The position numbers were made by a program, and so were the translations under genes. From positions 3,264,001-3,328,000 of the forward strand of contig CBDCWI010000002.1 of the NCBI GenBank assembly GCA_965223325.1: DNA of 64,000 nt. Direction: 5' to 3'. This document shows, one piece after another, positions 47,321 to 56,483 of this stretch. The stretch is from Candidatus Multivoradales bacterium (lineage in GTDB: Bacteria > Acidobacteriota > Thermoanaerobaculia > Multivoradales > Multivoraceae). The stretch's first letter is position 1. The number at the start of each line of letters is the position of its first letter. The notes below the pieces were generated by a model, which was not told where the DNA came from, made no database searches, and saw only the letters and a list, made by a program, of their open reading frames with translations.

Positions 47321-48765
47321 ACCTTCACCTTCCTTCGATCAGCTGCGAACCGGTGCTGGACGATCCACAAGAGAAGTGGCGGCCACCAGATGGCCACCCA
47401 GACCCACGGAAAGTACTCGATTCCACAAACGGCCGGCAGATAGGCCAGACAGATCGTCGCGGAAAGCAGGAGCACTGCGGGGGTGAAACGGAGCGCCGAC
47501 CAGGGCAGCAACCACACCAGGTACCAGGGATAGACCGTGGCCATCGCCAGGACCGCGCCGAGGAATGCCATCTCGAGACCGCGCAACATGACTTGAGGGC
47601 CAGAAAAAACGAGCGCTCGCCGAAACAGCCAGAAGAGCCAACCCAGCAAGAGGATCGCCAGGATGCCTTTGGCGATCAGCTGTGGGTACAGGTAGGGAAA
47701 GAGCCCCTCGAACAGCTGGGGATCGCCGAGCCCGACCTCTACCCGGCCGAGGCCCGCCAGAAGCGCGCCGTCGATCCCGAGGGAATGCACCAACCGCCAC
47801 GCCGGTTCGTACAGGGGACCGTTGAACTCCCAGGAGATGCCGTACGTCACCAGCCCCGGGGGCACGCCACCAACCGAAGACACGATCGGAAAACTGAGCC
47901 CGGCAAGTACGGCGGCGCAGGTCACCGCGAATGTCCTCGGTCGCCGCGCCGCCTGCCCGAGAACTCCCAGTACCACGACCGGAACCAACTTGACCATCAC
48001 CGAAACGGCGGCGAGAGCTCCCGCCCCAGCCACCCGAACAGGAGTCCTCACGCCGGGCGCCACCACCAACAGGAGCACCGCCGCCGCCAGGGGCAGGAGG
48101 CCGACGACATCGACGTGACCCATGCCCGCACCCTCGAACAAGACCAGAGGGTTCCAGGCGTACCAGAGCACGCGCCGGCGGGGTAGACCGAACACCATGG
48201 CCAGCCGAAACAGAAGCGCTGTGCCCGCCAGGTCGAGCACCACCACCAACAGCTTGTACGTTAAAAGAGGACGGGGGGCCAGCGCCGCTATACTGAAAAG
48301 TCCCATCGCAGAGGCTGGATAGACCGTCTTGACCGTTCGATGAGCGGTTCGATTCCAAATCTCCTCGAACGGACCGGAACGGAGTGGCAAGAGGCGCGGG
48401 TTGTCGGGTTCCAACGCCCATGGATTCTCGCCCGCGACCAGGACATGTCCATCCCACAGGTATCGCCACACGTCATCGGAGAGTTCTGGGGGCAACGGCA
48501 CCAGAGCCAGGCGCGCCAAGAGCCCGACCAGCAGAACGACTCCCAGAGCTGGCTCACCGATCCGGCCATACATCCGGTAGTTCGCGGCAACCGAAACGAA
48601 ACCGAGGAGCAACAGCGCATAGAGAGCCAGTGGATGACCAGCGAGGCCACCGTCGAGAGTGTGGCTCGCGACCGTGAGGGCGATCGCCGAGGCCACCAGC
48701 GGAACTCCCCAGGCGAACGTCCACGACTCACCTCTGGATTCACTCGATGATGGACTGGACGTCAC
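47317..48765 (-). CDS. Polytopic GT-C (GT87/DUF2029-like) glycosyltransferase (start uncertain)
   Basis: SDDVWRYLWDG, TVYP, YAWNPL..E....H.D, WEFNG, VYPWYL; many TM segments. Confidence 0.8.
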   Translation of the reverse strand: MTSSPSSSESRGESWTFAWGVPLVASAIALTVASHTLDGGLAGHPLALYALLLLGFVSVAANYRMYGRIGEPALGVVLLVGLLARLALVPLPPELSDDVWRYLWDGHVLVAGENPWALEPDNPRLLPLRSGPFEEIWNRTAHRTVKTVYPASAMGLFSIAALAPRPLLTYKLLVVVLDLAGTALLFRLAMVFGLPRRRVLWYAWNPLVLFEGAGMGHVDVVGLLPLAAAVLLLVVAPGVRTPVRVAGAGALAAVSVMVKLVPVVVLGVLGQAARRPRTFAVTCAAVLAGLSFPIVSSVGGVPPGLVTYGISWEFNGPLYEPAWRLVHSLGIDGALLAGLGRVEVGLGDPQLFEGLFPYLYPQLIAKGILAILLLGWLFWLFRRALVFSGPQVMLRGLEMAFLGAVLAMATVYPWYLVWLLPWSALRFTPAVLLLSATICLAYLPAVCGIEYFPWVWVAIWWPPLLLWIVQHRFAADRRKVKV

Positions 48766-50429
48766 TTTTGGAGATCGCGGCCTGGGAGGCAGAAGTCCTG
48801 CGTGCGCCGGTGCTGGCAGCGTACTACGCCGTCCTCGGCATCTTGGCGCTCTACGGCCTGCATCGCGTCGTCTTGTTGGCTTGGCTGTTTGGCGCCCCTC
48901 GCGCTCCGGAGGTCCAGCTCGAAGGCGAGCCTTCGGAGACGATGGCAGCCAGCGGCGAGGGTCCAAGGGCGGCCTGGCCAAAGGTCACGATACAGCTCCC
49001 TCTCTACAACGAATTGCTGGTTGCCCGACGGGCAATCGAAGCGCTCACTGCGATCGATTACCCGCGCCACTTGATGGAGATTCAGGTCCTCGACGACTCG
49101 AGCGACGACACCACCATCGAGGTGACCGCGGCTGTCGAACGGGCCCGGGCTCTTGGCCACTCGATCTGCCACATCCGGCGCAGCGAGCGCCGGGGCTTCA
49201 AGGCCGGGGCTCTCGCCGCCGGTCTCGAGTCGGCCACTGGCGATCTCATTGCAGTCTTCGACGCCGACTTCGTCCCGGCGCCGGACTTTCTCCGTCAAAC
49301 GGTGCCAGTACTGCTCGATAGCCCCGGGGTCGGCATGGTGCAAGCACGTTGGGGGCACCTCAACCGGCGCCACTCACTCCTGACCTCGCTCCAGGCCCTG
49401 TTGCTCGACGGTCACTTTCTGGTCGAGCACACCGCACGCCACAAGGCGGGGCGATTCTTCAACTTCAACGGCACGGCGGGCGTCTGGAGGCGCGAAGCGA
49501 TCGAGCAGGCCGGAGGTTGGACGCACGACACCCTCACCGAAGACCTGGACCTCTCCTACCGCGCTCAGCTCGCCGGATGGCGCTTCGTTTTTCTTTCCGA
49601 CGTCGTCGCTCCGGCAGAGCTTCCGGCGAGCGTACGGGCATGGAAAACCCAACAGAGTCGCTGGGCGCGCGGCTCTGCCCAGTGCCTGCGCAAGCTCGCT
49701 GGGCCAATCCTTCGAAGCACTGCGCCGCCAGCGCAGAAGTTCGAAGCACTGGTTCATCTGAGCTCCAACCTGACCTATCCGTTGATGGCCCTGCTGGCGC
49801 TTCTCGTGTTCCCGGCCATGGCACTACGCAACGACGACTCGGGCACTCTGCTGCTCGTTGACGCGCCGCTCTTCTTCTTCGCCACCCTCGCCGTTGGCTC
49901 CTTCTATGGGGTCGCCTCGCGCCTGGCGAGAGAGAGCTGGCTGAGCTTGTGGCGTGTGCCGTTCGCCATGGCTCTCGGCATCGGCCTCTCCATCAACAAT
50001 GCGCAGGCGGTGCAGCGAGGCCTGCGGCGCATGGGCGGCGTCTTCGAGCGCACACCGAAGGCACACCTCACCGACGACCTGTCGGGGGTCTCGACAAACG
50101 GCGCACCCCGTCTCTACGCCAGCGCCGGGAATGGCAGCCTGGCGGTCGAGATCCTGATGGCGGTGTGGATGGCACTCGGAATCGGGATCGCCATAGAGCG
50201 TGGGATGTGGCTGTGGCTGCCCTTCCTGTGGCTCTTTCTGCAGGGTTTCGTGATGATCTCCTGGCTGGGAATCAAGGAGTGGCGCGGCGCCCATGCGCAA
50301 TCCTCGAGTGCGCCCACTACCGAGGCGCTCACAGCGCGAGAATCGACCTCTGGCACCTCACAACGGTTGCCTGCTGGCAATCGAGTCGCGGAGGGGCTTC
50401 CAGAAGCCGCCGCGCATGCGACCGAATAG
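48747..50429 (+). CDS. Processive GT2 glycosyltransferase (CesA/Csl-like)
   Basis: QLPLYNE, LDDSSD, GFKAGAL, FDAD, TED, QQSRW (D,D,D,QxxRW). Confidence 0.92.
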   Translation: MMDWTSLLEIAAWEAEVLRAPVLAAYYAVLGILALYGLHRVVLLAWLFGAPRAPEVQLEGEPSETMAASGEGPRAAWPKVTIQLPLYNELLVARRAIEALTAIDYPRHLMEIQVLDDSSDDTTIEVTAAVERARALGHSICHIRRSERRGFKAGALAAGLESATGDLIAVFDADFVPAPDFLRQTVPVLLDSPGVGMVQARWGHLNRRHSLLTSLQALLLDGHFLVEHTARHKAGRFFNFNGTAGVWRREAIEQAGGWTHDTLTEDLDLSYRAQLAGWRFVFLSDVVAPAELPASVRAWKTQQSRWARGSAQCLRKLAGPILRSTAPPAQKFEALVHLSSNLTYPLMALLALLVFPAMALRNDDSGTLLLVDAPLFFFATLAVGSFYGVASRLARESWLSLWRVPFAMALGIGLSINNAQAVQRGLRRMGGVFERTPKAHLTDDLSGVSTNGAPRLYASAGNGSLAVEILMAVWMALGIGIAIERGMWLWLPFLWLFLQGFVMISWLGIKEWRGAHAQSSSAPTTEALTARESTSGTSQRLPAGNRVAEGLPEAAAHATE

Positions 50430-50439
50430 AATAGGGGTC

Positions 50440-50997
50440 ATGACCAGCCCGGTGCGCACCCCGTCTGACCCTCGGCACGCGCGGGTACGACTGCGTCAAG
50501 CCGAAGTCAACGACGCTCCCCTCCTGCGGCGCTGGCGTGCCGAACCGAGTGTTCGTCGCTTCCAGCCGCTGCACGATGTCTCGACCTCGCAGCTGCGCGC
50601 AGACCTCGCCAACCAGCGTCACGCGGACCTGTACCACGGCCGCGGCGAGCGTTTCCTGTGGATCGTCGAAGCCGACAAGGTCCCAGCTGGTTGGATCACC
50701 CTGGTGGTGGCGAACTGGGAACACGGTCTCTCGGAGGTTGGCTACGCCCTGTCATCGCGCTACCAGGGGAGCGGGCTGATGACCCACGCCCTGACCCTCC
50801 TGCTCCCGGAGCTCTTTCTGCATTCGCCCATCGAACGCGTCGAGGCACGCTGCGCGGTCGACAACAAGGCCTCGCAGCGGGTTCTCGAAAAGGTGCAGTT
50901 CCGGCGCGAGGGGCGCTTGCGCGGTTACTTCCTGCTGCACGGGCGGCGCGTGGACCACTACCTCTACGCGTTGCTACGAAAAGACTTCCTGCTCTAG
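50440..50997 (+). CDS. GNAT N-acetyltransferase (RimJ/RimL type)
   Basis: EVGYAL...YQGSGLMT, NKASQRVLEKVQFRREG.LR. Confidence 0.9.
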   Translation: MTSPVRTPSDPRHARVRLRQAEVNDAPLLRRWRAEPSVRRFQPLHDVSTSQLRADLANQRHADLYHGRGERFLWIVEADKVPAGWITLVVANWEHGLSEVGYALSSRYQGSGLMTHALTLLLPELFLHSPIERVEARCAVDNKASQRVLEKVQFRREGRLRGYFLLHGRRVDHYLYALLRKDFLL

Positions 50998-52352
50998 GAG
51001 CCCCCCTCCTGGCCTGGAAGCCGGGCGGACCAGTAGCTGAAGCCCCAACGATTCATCGCCGCATCCTGGATCGGGGCTGCGACCGCCAGGTCGCCATCCG
51101 CCAGGAAGGCGACCGGCAGGTACTCGCCGCCGGTCGTCGGCAAACGTTCTCCTTCGGTGGCTCCTCCAGATGGTTCGTTCCAGGCGTCGATGGGAAACGA
51201 CTCACTGGCATAGACCTCGAGCTCCAGGATGGCAGGCCCGACCACGAGGTGGGCCACTCGCGCTCTGAGATCGGTCGAAGAGTACTGCTCGAACCAACTG
51301 GCTGCGAGTTCTCCGTCACCGCGAGCGACCAGGTAAGGGAAGAACGCGAGGCCGGAGACGTCACGGACCGTAGCCGTCTCCCAACGCACACCGCGGTCTC
51401 GCGAGCGCGCGAGCATCACACGACCGCCGTCCTCTGCAGCCTCGGTGTAGAGCAGAAAGAGGGTGCCCTCACGGTCCCAGGCAACTGGCTCCACCCAGCG
51501 CGGCACCTTGCTTGGATCGCGAAAGGTCGGATCCCAGTCACGCACGCCGGGAACCGGCCGCAGAGTCCAGGACTCACCCCCGTCGAGACTCACCCCCAGG
51601 TGCTCGACGCCCGCGGTGAAACGGTTCCCCGAAGCGGCCAACGGAGTGATGCGCACGGCAATCTCACCAGCCGGCCCAACGGCCAGGTGACTCGAGCCGC
51701 CCTGATCATGAATCCGGGCCTGTTCCTGCCAACTCGCTCCTTCGTCGCGCGAGAGAGCGTGCGCGACCCCGGCCCCGTCGTTCCAGACCACGTGCGCAGT
51801 GCCATCGGGAGCGACCTCGACCCACGGACGGTCGTCGAGGCGGGTTTCCGAGAGGCGCGACCACGACCACGTCAGGCCGACGTCGCGGCTGGTACCGATC
51901 GCAATGTGTGTACCCTCGCCGGTCTCGCGGTCAAAACCCATGACGACGAAGTACAAGGTGCCCTTCTCGGAGACCGCAAGGTCGACGTCAGAGTTGCCGG
52001 CCGCGTCGACTGACGAGCCCACGTCGACACGGTTCCACGACAGGCCACGATCGGTGCTCTTCCACAGTTGCGGCTTGGCATTGGGGTCTCGACCGCTGAC
52101 CTGGGAAGGGTAGCCGCTGAGAAACAACGTGCCCGAGGGATGTTCGGCGAGCATCGGCTCACGCGCCAGCGCTTCGAGATGATGAACCGGCGCCGACAGC
52201 TCGAGGACGGAGCCAGCAGCTGTAGCCTCAGAGCGCACGATCTCAGGCGCGTCCCCTCCGGCTCGGCAACCCGCAAGACAGATGGCGAATACCGCCAGGC
52301 CCCACACGTGTCTCCTCGTCACCGCGAAGGCCGTCCGACCACCGGCGTTCAC
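50994..52352 (-). CDS. BNR/Asp-box (sialidase-fold) beta-propeller lipoprotein
   Basis: Lipobox LAGC; five Asp-boxes: STDRGLSW, SRDVGLTW, SRDEGASW, SLDGGESW, SRDRGVRW. Confidence 0.85.
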   Translation of the reverse strand: MNAGGRTAFAVTRRHVWGLAVFAICLAGCRAGGDAPEIVRSEATAAGSVLELSAPVHHLEALAREPMLAEHPSGTLFLSGYPSQVSGRDPNAKPQLWKSTDRGLSWNRVDVGSSVDAAGNSDVDLAVSEKGTLYFVVMGFDRETGEGTHIAIGTSRDVGLTWSWSRLSETRLDDRPWVEVAPDGTAHVVWNDGAGVAHALSRDEGASWQEQARIHDQGGSSHLAVGPAGEIAVRITPLAASGNRFTAGVEHLGVSLDGGESWTLRPVPGVRDWDPTFRDPSKVPRWVEPVAWDREGTLFLLYTEAAEDGGRVMLARSRDRGVRWETATVRDVSGLAFFPYLVARGDGELAASWFEQYSSTDLRARVAHLVVGPAILELEVYASESFPIDAWNEPSGGATEGERLPTTGGEYLPVAFLADGDLAVAAPIQDAAMNRWGFSYWSARLPGQEGGS

Positions 52353-52354
52353 CC

Positions 52355-52726
52355 TCAGACGTGCTGGTCGATCAAGATGGGGTTGCCGTCCGGGTCGATG
52401 GCCATGAAGCTGGCCGGGCCCGAGCCTCCTTCGTCGGCCTCCATGACCAGTTCGACGCCGGCCGCCTTGACCTGCCGCTGCAGCTCACGTACGTCGGTGA
52501 ACTCCGCAAGCTTCTCCGCTGACTTGTCCCAGCCCGGATTGAAGGTCAAGGTGTTCTTCTCGAACATGCCCTGGAAGAGCCCAATGGTGTGGTCGGCGTT
52601 TCTGAGAATCAGCCAGTTCTGTGAGGCGTCGCCACCCGCGACCTCGAAACCGAACTTCTCGTAGAAGGCCTTCGAGGCTTCGATGTCCTTGACCGCCAGA
52701 CTGATCGAGAATGCTCCAAGCTGCAT
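52355..52726 (-). CDS. VOC/glyoxalase family protein (alternative start 52768)
   Basis: [30 protein letters not shown]. Confidence 0.9.
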   Translation of the reverse strand: MQLGAFSISLAVKDIEASKAFYEKFGFEVAGGDASQNWLILRNADHTIGLFQGMFEKNTLTFNPGWDKSAEKLAEFTDVRELQRQVKAAGVELVMEADEGGSGPASFMAIDPDGNPILIDQHV

Positions 52727-52841
52727 CGTCGTCGTACTCCCTGGTCGTTTCAAGGAGCATTTCATCACGACGCACCGACCTGCGACGACGCTTCACCACC
52801 TGGGCGCCGCTCAGATGTGACCCCAGAAGTCGTGCCCCTCC

Positions 52842-55800
52842 CTACTGGTCGAGGTAGGCCTCGAGGCCGAACGCGCGATAGCGCAAGAGCTCTTCGAGTT
52901 GTCGAGCGGCTTCGCCCGCCCGAGCGTCTCCTGTCCGTCGGTAGGCCAGAGCGCGCCGTTGGAGGACCGACACTTCCCAGGGAACCCACGGCTCGACGGT
53001 GGCGAGCGCCTCTACGTAGCGCTCGTCCGAGAGGCCCGTCGCCAAGCGTAGTCGCAGCTTGACCCGCTCCTCACGCGCACGCTCGACCGAGAACGGTAGT
53101 GACAAGAGCCTCTCGAGCTCGTCCTGCATCGAAGGTTCGGCCGCCGCCAGCGCTTCGATGGTTCGAAACATTCGCCGCTCGATGCGCTCTTCACCCCAAG
53201 GGTCCTCGCGTCTGATGGCGACCGCCTGGCGCAGCGCACCCAGCGCCTCGACGTGCTGGCCACGACGTAGGTTCCACTGAGCGCGCAGGGTCGCCGCATC
53301 GACCGGGTGCAGACCCTCGTGGTAGGTCAATGCATCGTCGCGACCCAGGTCTGCCGTGATGGCTGCCAGGCCGAGTTGCTCTTCGCGCGTCGCGACCTGC
53401 CATCCGAAGGACTCCCACACCTCCAGGGCGGCTTGGTTGTGGCCGAAACGCCACTGGCGGTGGAACTCTCCGAGCTCTTCGAGTGTTGATCTCGGAAACG
53501 TCACACCTTCTTGTTCGTCGCTGGCTGGCGTGTACTCCGGGATGCTGGCGATGCCGAATGCCGCCACCCGCTCTCGTGCGACCAGGTTCCAGTTCACCCG
53601 CCCGTCGAGCTCCGGCCGCCCCGCACCAACCAGGACGGCGCTCCGGTGCAGTGAACTCACCTCGAACAATCCAGCGCTACCGAGAGTGCGTGCGAAACGA
53701 TACTCGAGCATGTTGCGGTCATCTGTGTTGATCGGCAACTGCATACGGTCGCCAACCTGGCCAGTCAGCGCCGGTGCCGCTTCGAAATGCGCCAGCAGGG
53801 CCTCGAGTCCCGCCGCCGAGAAGCCGTTGCGCATTGCAGCCGGCCAGGGCTCCGTTGCCAGGACCCTGCGCATCCTGTCGACGTCGTGCGCGATCGGCTC
53901 GCGTGACGCCAGCAAGACCAGGTCTTGTCGCATCGTGCGCCACATCTCGACCTCCGGGAAGACGGTCGCCACGGTTCGAATCGCGGTCGCGACCGTCGAG
54001 GTGTCGACCTCGTAGGCGGGCAGCCACTGGGCGAAGATGCCGCCCGGCTCCAGACGGTGGGCAGCCGCCTCATAGAACTCGACGGTGAACAGGCTGGCGA
54101 TCCCGGCACGGTAGGGATTCGACGGCTCGGAAACGACGACGTCGTAGAGCGCATCGCTGGTCAAAAGCGCTTCTCGCCCGTCACCGAAACGGAGGTTCAC
54201 CTTGGGGTTGTCGAGAACGTTCTGGTTGACCGGAGCACACATCTCGGCGACTGTCCGGATCTTCGGTTCGAGCTCGATCACGTCCACACTCTCGACCTCC
54301 GGTACCGCGGCGATCCAGCCGGCTGTGCTGCCGGTACCGAGGCCGATCACCGCGACCTCGGCCGGTTCGGGGTGCAGCAACACGGCCATGAGGCCCAACA
54401 TGATCTGGGTCGGAGCGTCGACAATCGAATTGCCGTCGACTTTGCCGCCAACGAGGAAGGAGTAGGCGTTGTAGCTCTCGACGCCGACGCTGGTCTCGAC
54501 CCCGTCGGCTTCCCAGATCAGCGTGCGTCGCTCCTCATGCAAGAACCTTCTCGCGGCGTTCGGATCTTCACCGTCGATGGAGCCACGCCCAGCGCCGATC
54601 TCAGCGTGTCGCCACACCGCGGTCGGTCCGAGACCACCGAGCGCAAGCGTCGCCAGGGACGCGGCGCCGAGTGCGGTCGCCGTCGCCGCCTTGCGGGTCG
54701 CCAGAACGTTCCGCAGGCCTTCCTGCCCGGGGCCAGAACGACCCACCTCGATCATGAGAGCCAGGAGAGCGAGTACGACGCAGAATGCCACCGAGATCTT
54801 CCACGACACGATGGCACCAAACTGCGGCAAGAACCAGAAGCCGCCAGCGAGCGACCCCACGATCGCGCCGGCCGTATTCCACGCGTAGGCCAGACCGACC
54901 TGGCGCCCGACGTCGTCGCGACCACGTCCCAGAAGCGAGATCAGGAGGGGGAACTGGTACCCCGCCACCACAGCTGCCGGCAGGATCACGGCCGCGGCGA
55001 TCAGACTCCAGCCCGTCACCAGGCCGCCGAAGCCCAGGACCTGTAGTTGCCGAAGCTGCATGGCAGCCACCGCCAGGCGATCGCCCAGGGCAAACGCCGA
55101 CGCCAGGAAGGCGCCCTCGAGCGCACAGGTCACCGCAAAGGCAGCGAGACTGGCCGAAGAGATGCCGTCCCTCTGGCTGACGGCGTAAAAGGCCGCACCC
55201 AGACCGATTCCAAGAAGCGCAACCGCGAGAATCAGCCCGAAGGTAAACGTCGTTCCACCGAGGATCGGCACCAGCATCCGGAACCAAACCATCTCCATCA
55301 GGAAGAAGACGAAGCCCACCGCACAAGCCGCCGCATAGACGAAGGCCGACGGCGCCTGGCGCGCCCCCTCGGCGGCAACCGGCGCCAGCAAGGTTTCTGC
55401 CTGGAACTCGGGGTCGGGTCCGCGCCATGTATCCAGGCGCAGAGCGAAAACCGCCAGGACCAGGTTTGCCACCACTCCCAGGAGAACGCTCTCGGTGTTA
55501 CCGAACGTCTCGAGTAACCAGAAGCTCGCCAGCATCGCACCGGTTACCGCTCCTAGCGTGTTGAGCCCGTAGATCCACGCCACCCGACTGCGGCGCTCGT
55601 CCGACGGGCGTTCAACGGCTCGCGCGAGCGCCGGCAAGGTCCCTCCCATCATCGCAGTGATCGGCCCGAGGACTAGAGCGGTGAGGAACAGGCGGAGCAG
55701 GTTGGCAAGCGGTCCGCCGAGGGCGTTCTGCCCTCCCGAAGCCAGGTAGAGAGCCCGCGCTGCGTCGAGCAGGAAGGGGGAGAGAAAGGCCAGAACCGCA

Positions 55801-56210
55801 ATCGCCAACTCGAGACGCCCGTAGAGACGCAGGGACCGGTGACTTCGATCGGCGCGCGCTCCCCACCACCAGCCCCCCACACCGAGGCCGGCCATGAAGG
55901 CGGCAGTGGCAGCGGAGTTGGCGGCCGTTGACAGCCCGAAGATCAGGCGCAGCTCGCGGAACCAAGCCACCTGGTAGACCAGCGCACACGCTCCTGAGAC
56001 GAACACCAGCACCATGAGGAGCGGCAACGAGCGTTCATGGCGCTGGGAGGACGCTGGATCGGCATTGGTGGGAAGCGTGGGCACGTCGCCAGGCGGAAAG
56101 GTTTCCCTGGACTCGGAACGCTCGAAGGGCATTGGCCTGGCACGGCCTGACATGGGGGTGGCTTTCATTCTGGGAAACAGGGAGGAGGAAGGCGCGGAGG
56201 GCGGAGGCAA
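52842..56210 (-). CDS. Fused MFS-like/spermidine-synthase-like protein with helical C-terminus (start uncertain)
   Basis: SGACALVYQVAW, YGLNTLGA, AWNTAGA, IGLGTGST, IELEP, GDGRE, SEPSNP, NTDDRNMLEY. Confidence 0.88.
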   Translation of the reverse strand: MPPPSAPSSSLFPRMKATPMSGRARPMPFERSESRETFPPGDVPTLPTNADPASSQRHERSLPLLMVLVFVSGACALVYQVAWFRELRLIFGLSTAANSAATAAFMAGLGVGGWWWGARADRSHRSLRLYGRLELAIAVLAFLSPFLLDAARALYLASGGQNALGGPLANLLRLFLTALVLGPITAMMGGTLPALARAVERPSDERRSRVAWIYGLNTLGAVTGAMLASFWLLETFGNTESVLLGVVANLVLAVFALRLDTWRGPDPEFQAETLLAPVAAEGARQAPSAFVYAAACAVGFVFFLMEMVWFRMLVPILGGTTFTFGLILAVALLGIGLGAAFYAVSQRDGISSASLAAFAVTCALEGAFLASAFALGDRLAVAAMQLRQLQVLGFGGLVTGWSLIAAAVILPAAVVAGYQFPLLISLLGRGRDDVGRQVGLAYAWNTAGAIVGSLAGGFWFLPQFGAIVSWKISVAFCVVLALLALMIEVGRSGPGQEGLRNVLATRKAATATALGAASLATLALGGLGPTAVWRHAEIGAGRGSIDGEDPNAARRFLHEERRTLIWEADGVETSVGVESYNAYSFLVGGKVDGNSIVDAPTQIMLGLMAVLLHPEPAEVAVIGLGTGSTAGWIAAVPEVESVDVIELEPKIRTVAEMCAPVNQNVLDNPKVNLRFGDGREALLTSDALYDVVVSEPSNPYRAGIASLFTVEFYEAAAHRLEPGGIFAQWLPAYEVDTSTVATAIRTVATVFPEVEMWRTMRQDLVLLASREPIAHDVDRMRRVLATEPWPAAMRNGFSAAGLEALLAHFEAAPALTGQVGDRMQLPINTDDRNMLEYRFARTLGSAGLFEVSSLHRSAVLVGAGRPELDGRVNWNLVARERVAAFGIASIPEYTPASDEQEGVTFPRSTLEELGEFHRQWRFGHNQAALEVWESFGWQVATREEQLGLAAITADLGRDDALTYHEGLHPVDAATLRAQWNLRRGQHVEALGALRQAVAIRREDPWGEERIERRMFRTIEALAAAEPSMQDELERLLSLPFSVERAREERVKLRLRLATGLSDERYVEALATVEPWVPWEVSVLQRRALAYRRTGDARAGEAARQLEELLRYRAFGLEAYLDQ

Positions 56211-56483
56211 CGCGGAGCCGATCCTAGTTTAAACGCGAAAACTTTCAAAACGAGCCGCTACTCCACCGGCTCCTGTAGCGTTTCATCCGGTGAGGGGAGC
56301 ACTTCCTCCCTGGCCATGCACGCGCCGCTCGACATGCTGCTGCTTTGGCCTGCCCCGAGGGCACGCCATCGGTCCACGTCGGGCCGGGAGCCGGGTCAGC
56401 GCAAGCAGCCATCCCGGCGTCGCGAGATCTCTCAACGCATCAGGGGTCGGCTCACCAGCCTCGGTCCAGCAGGCGGTCGGCGA

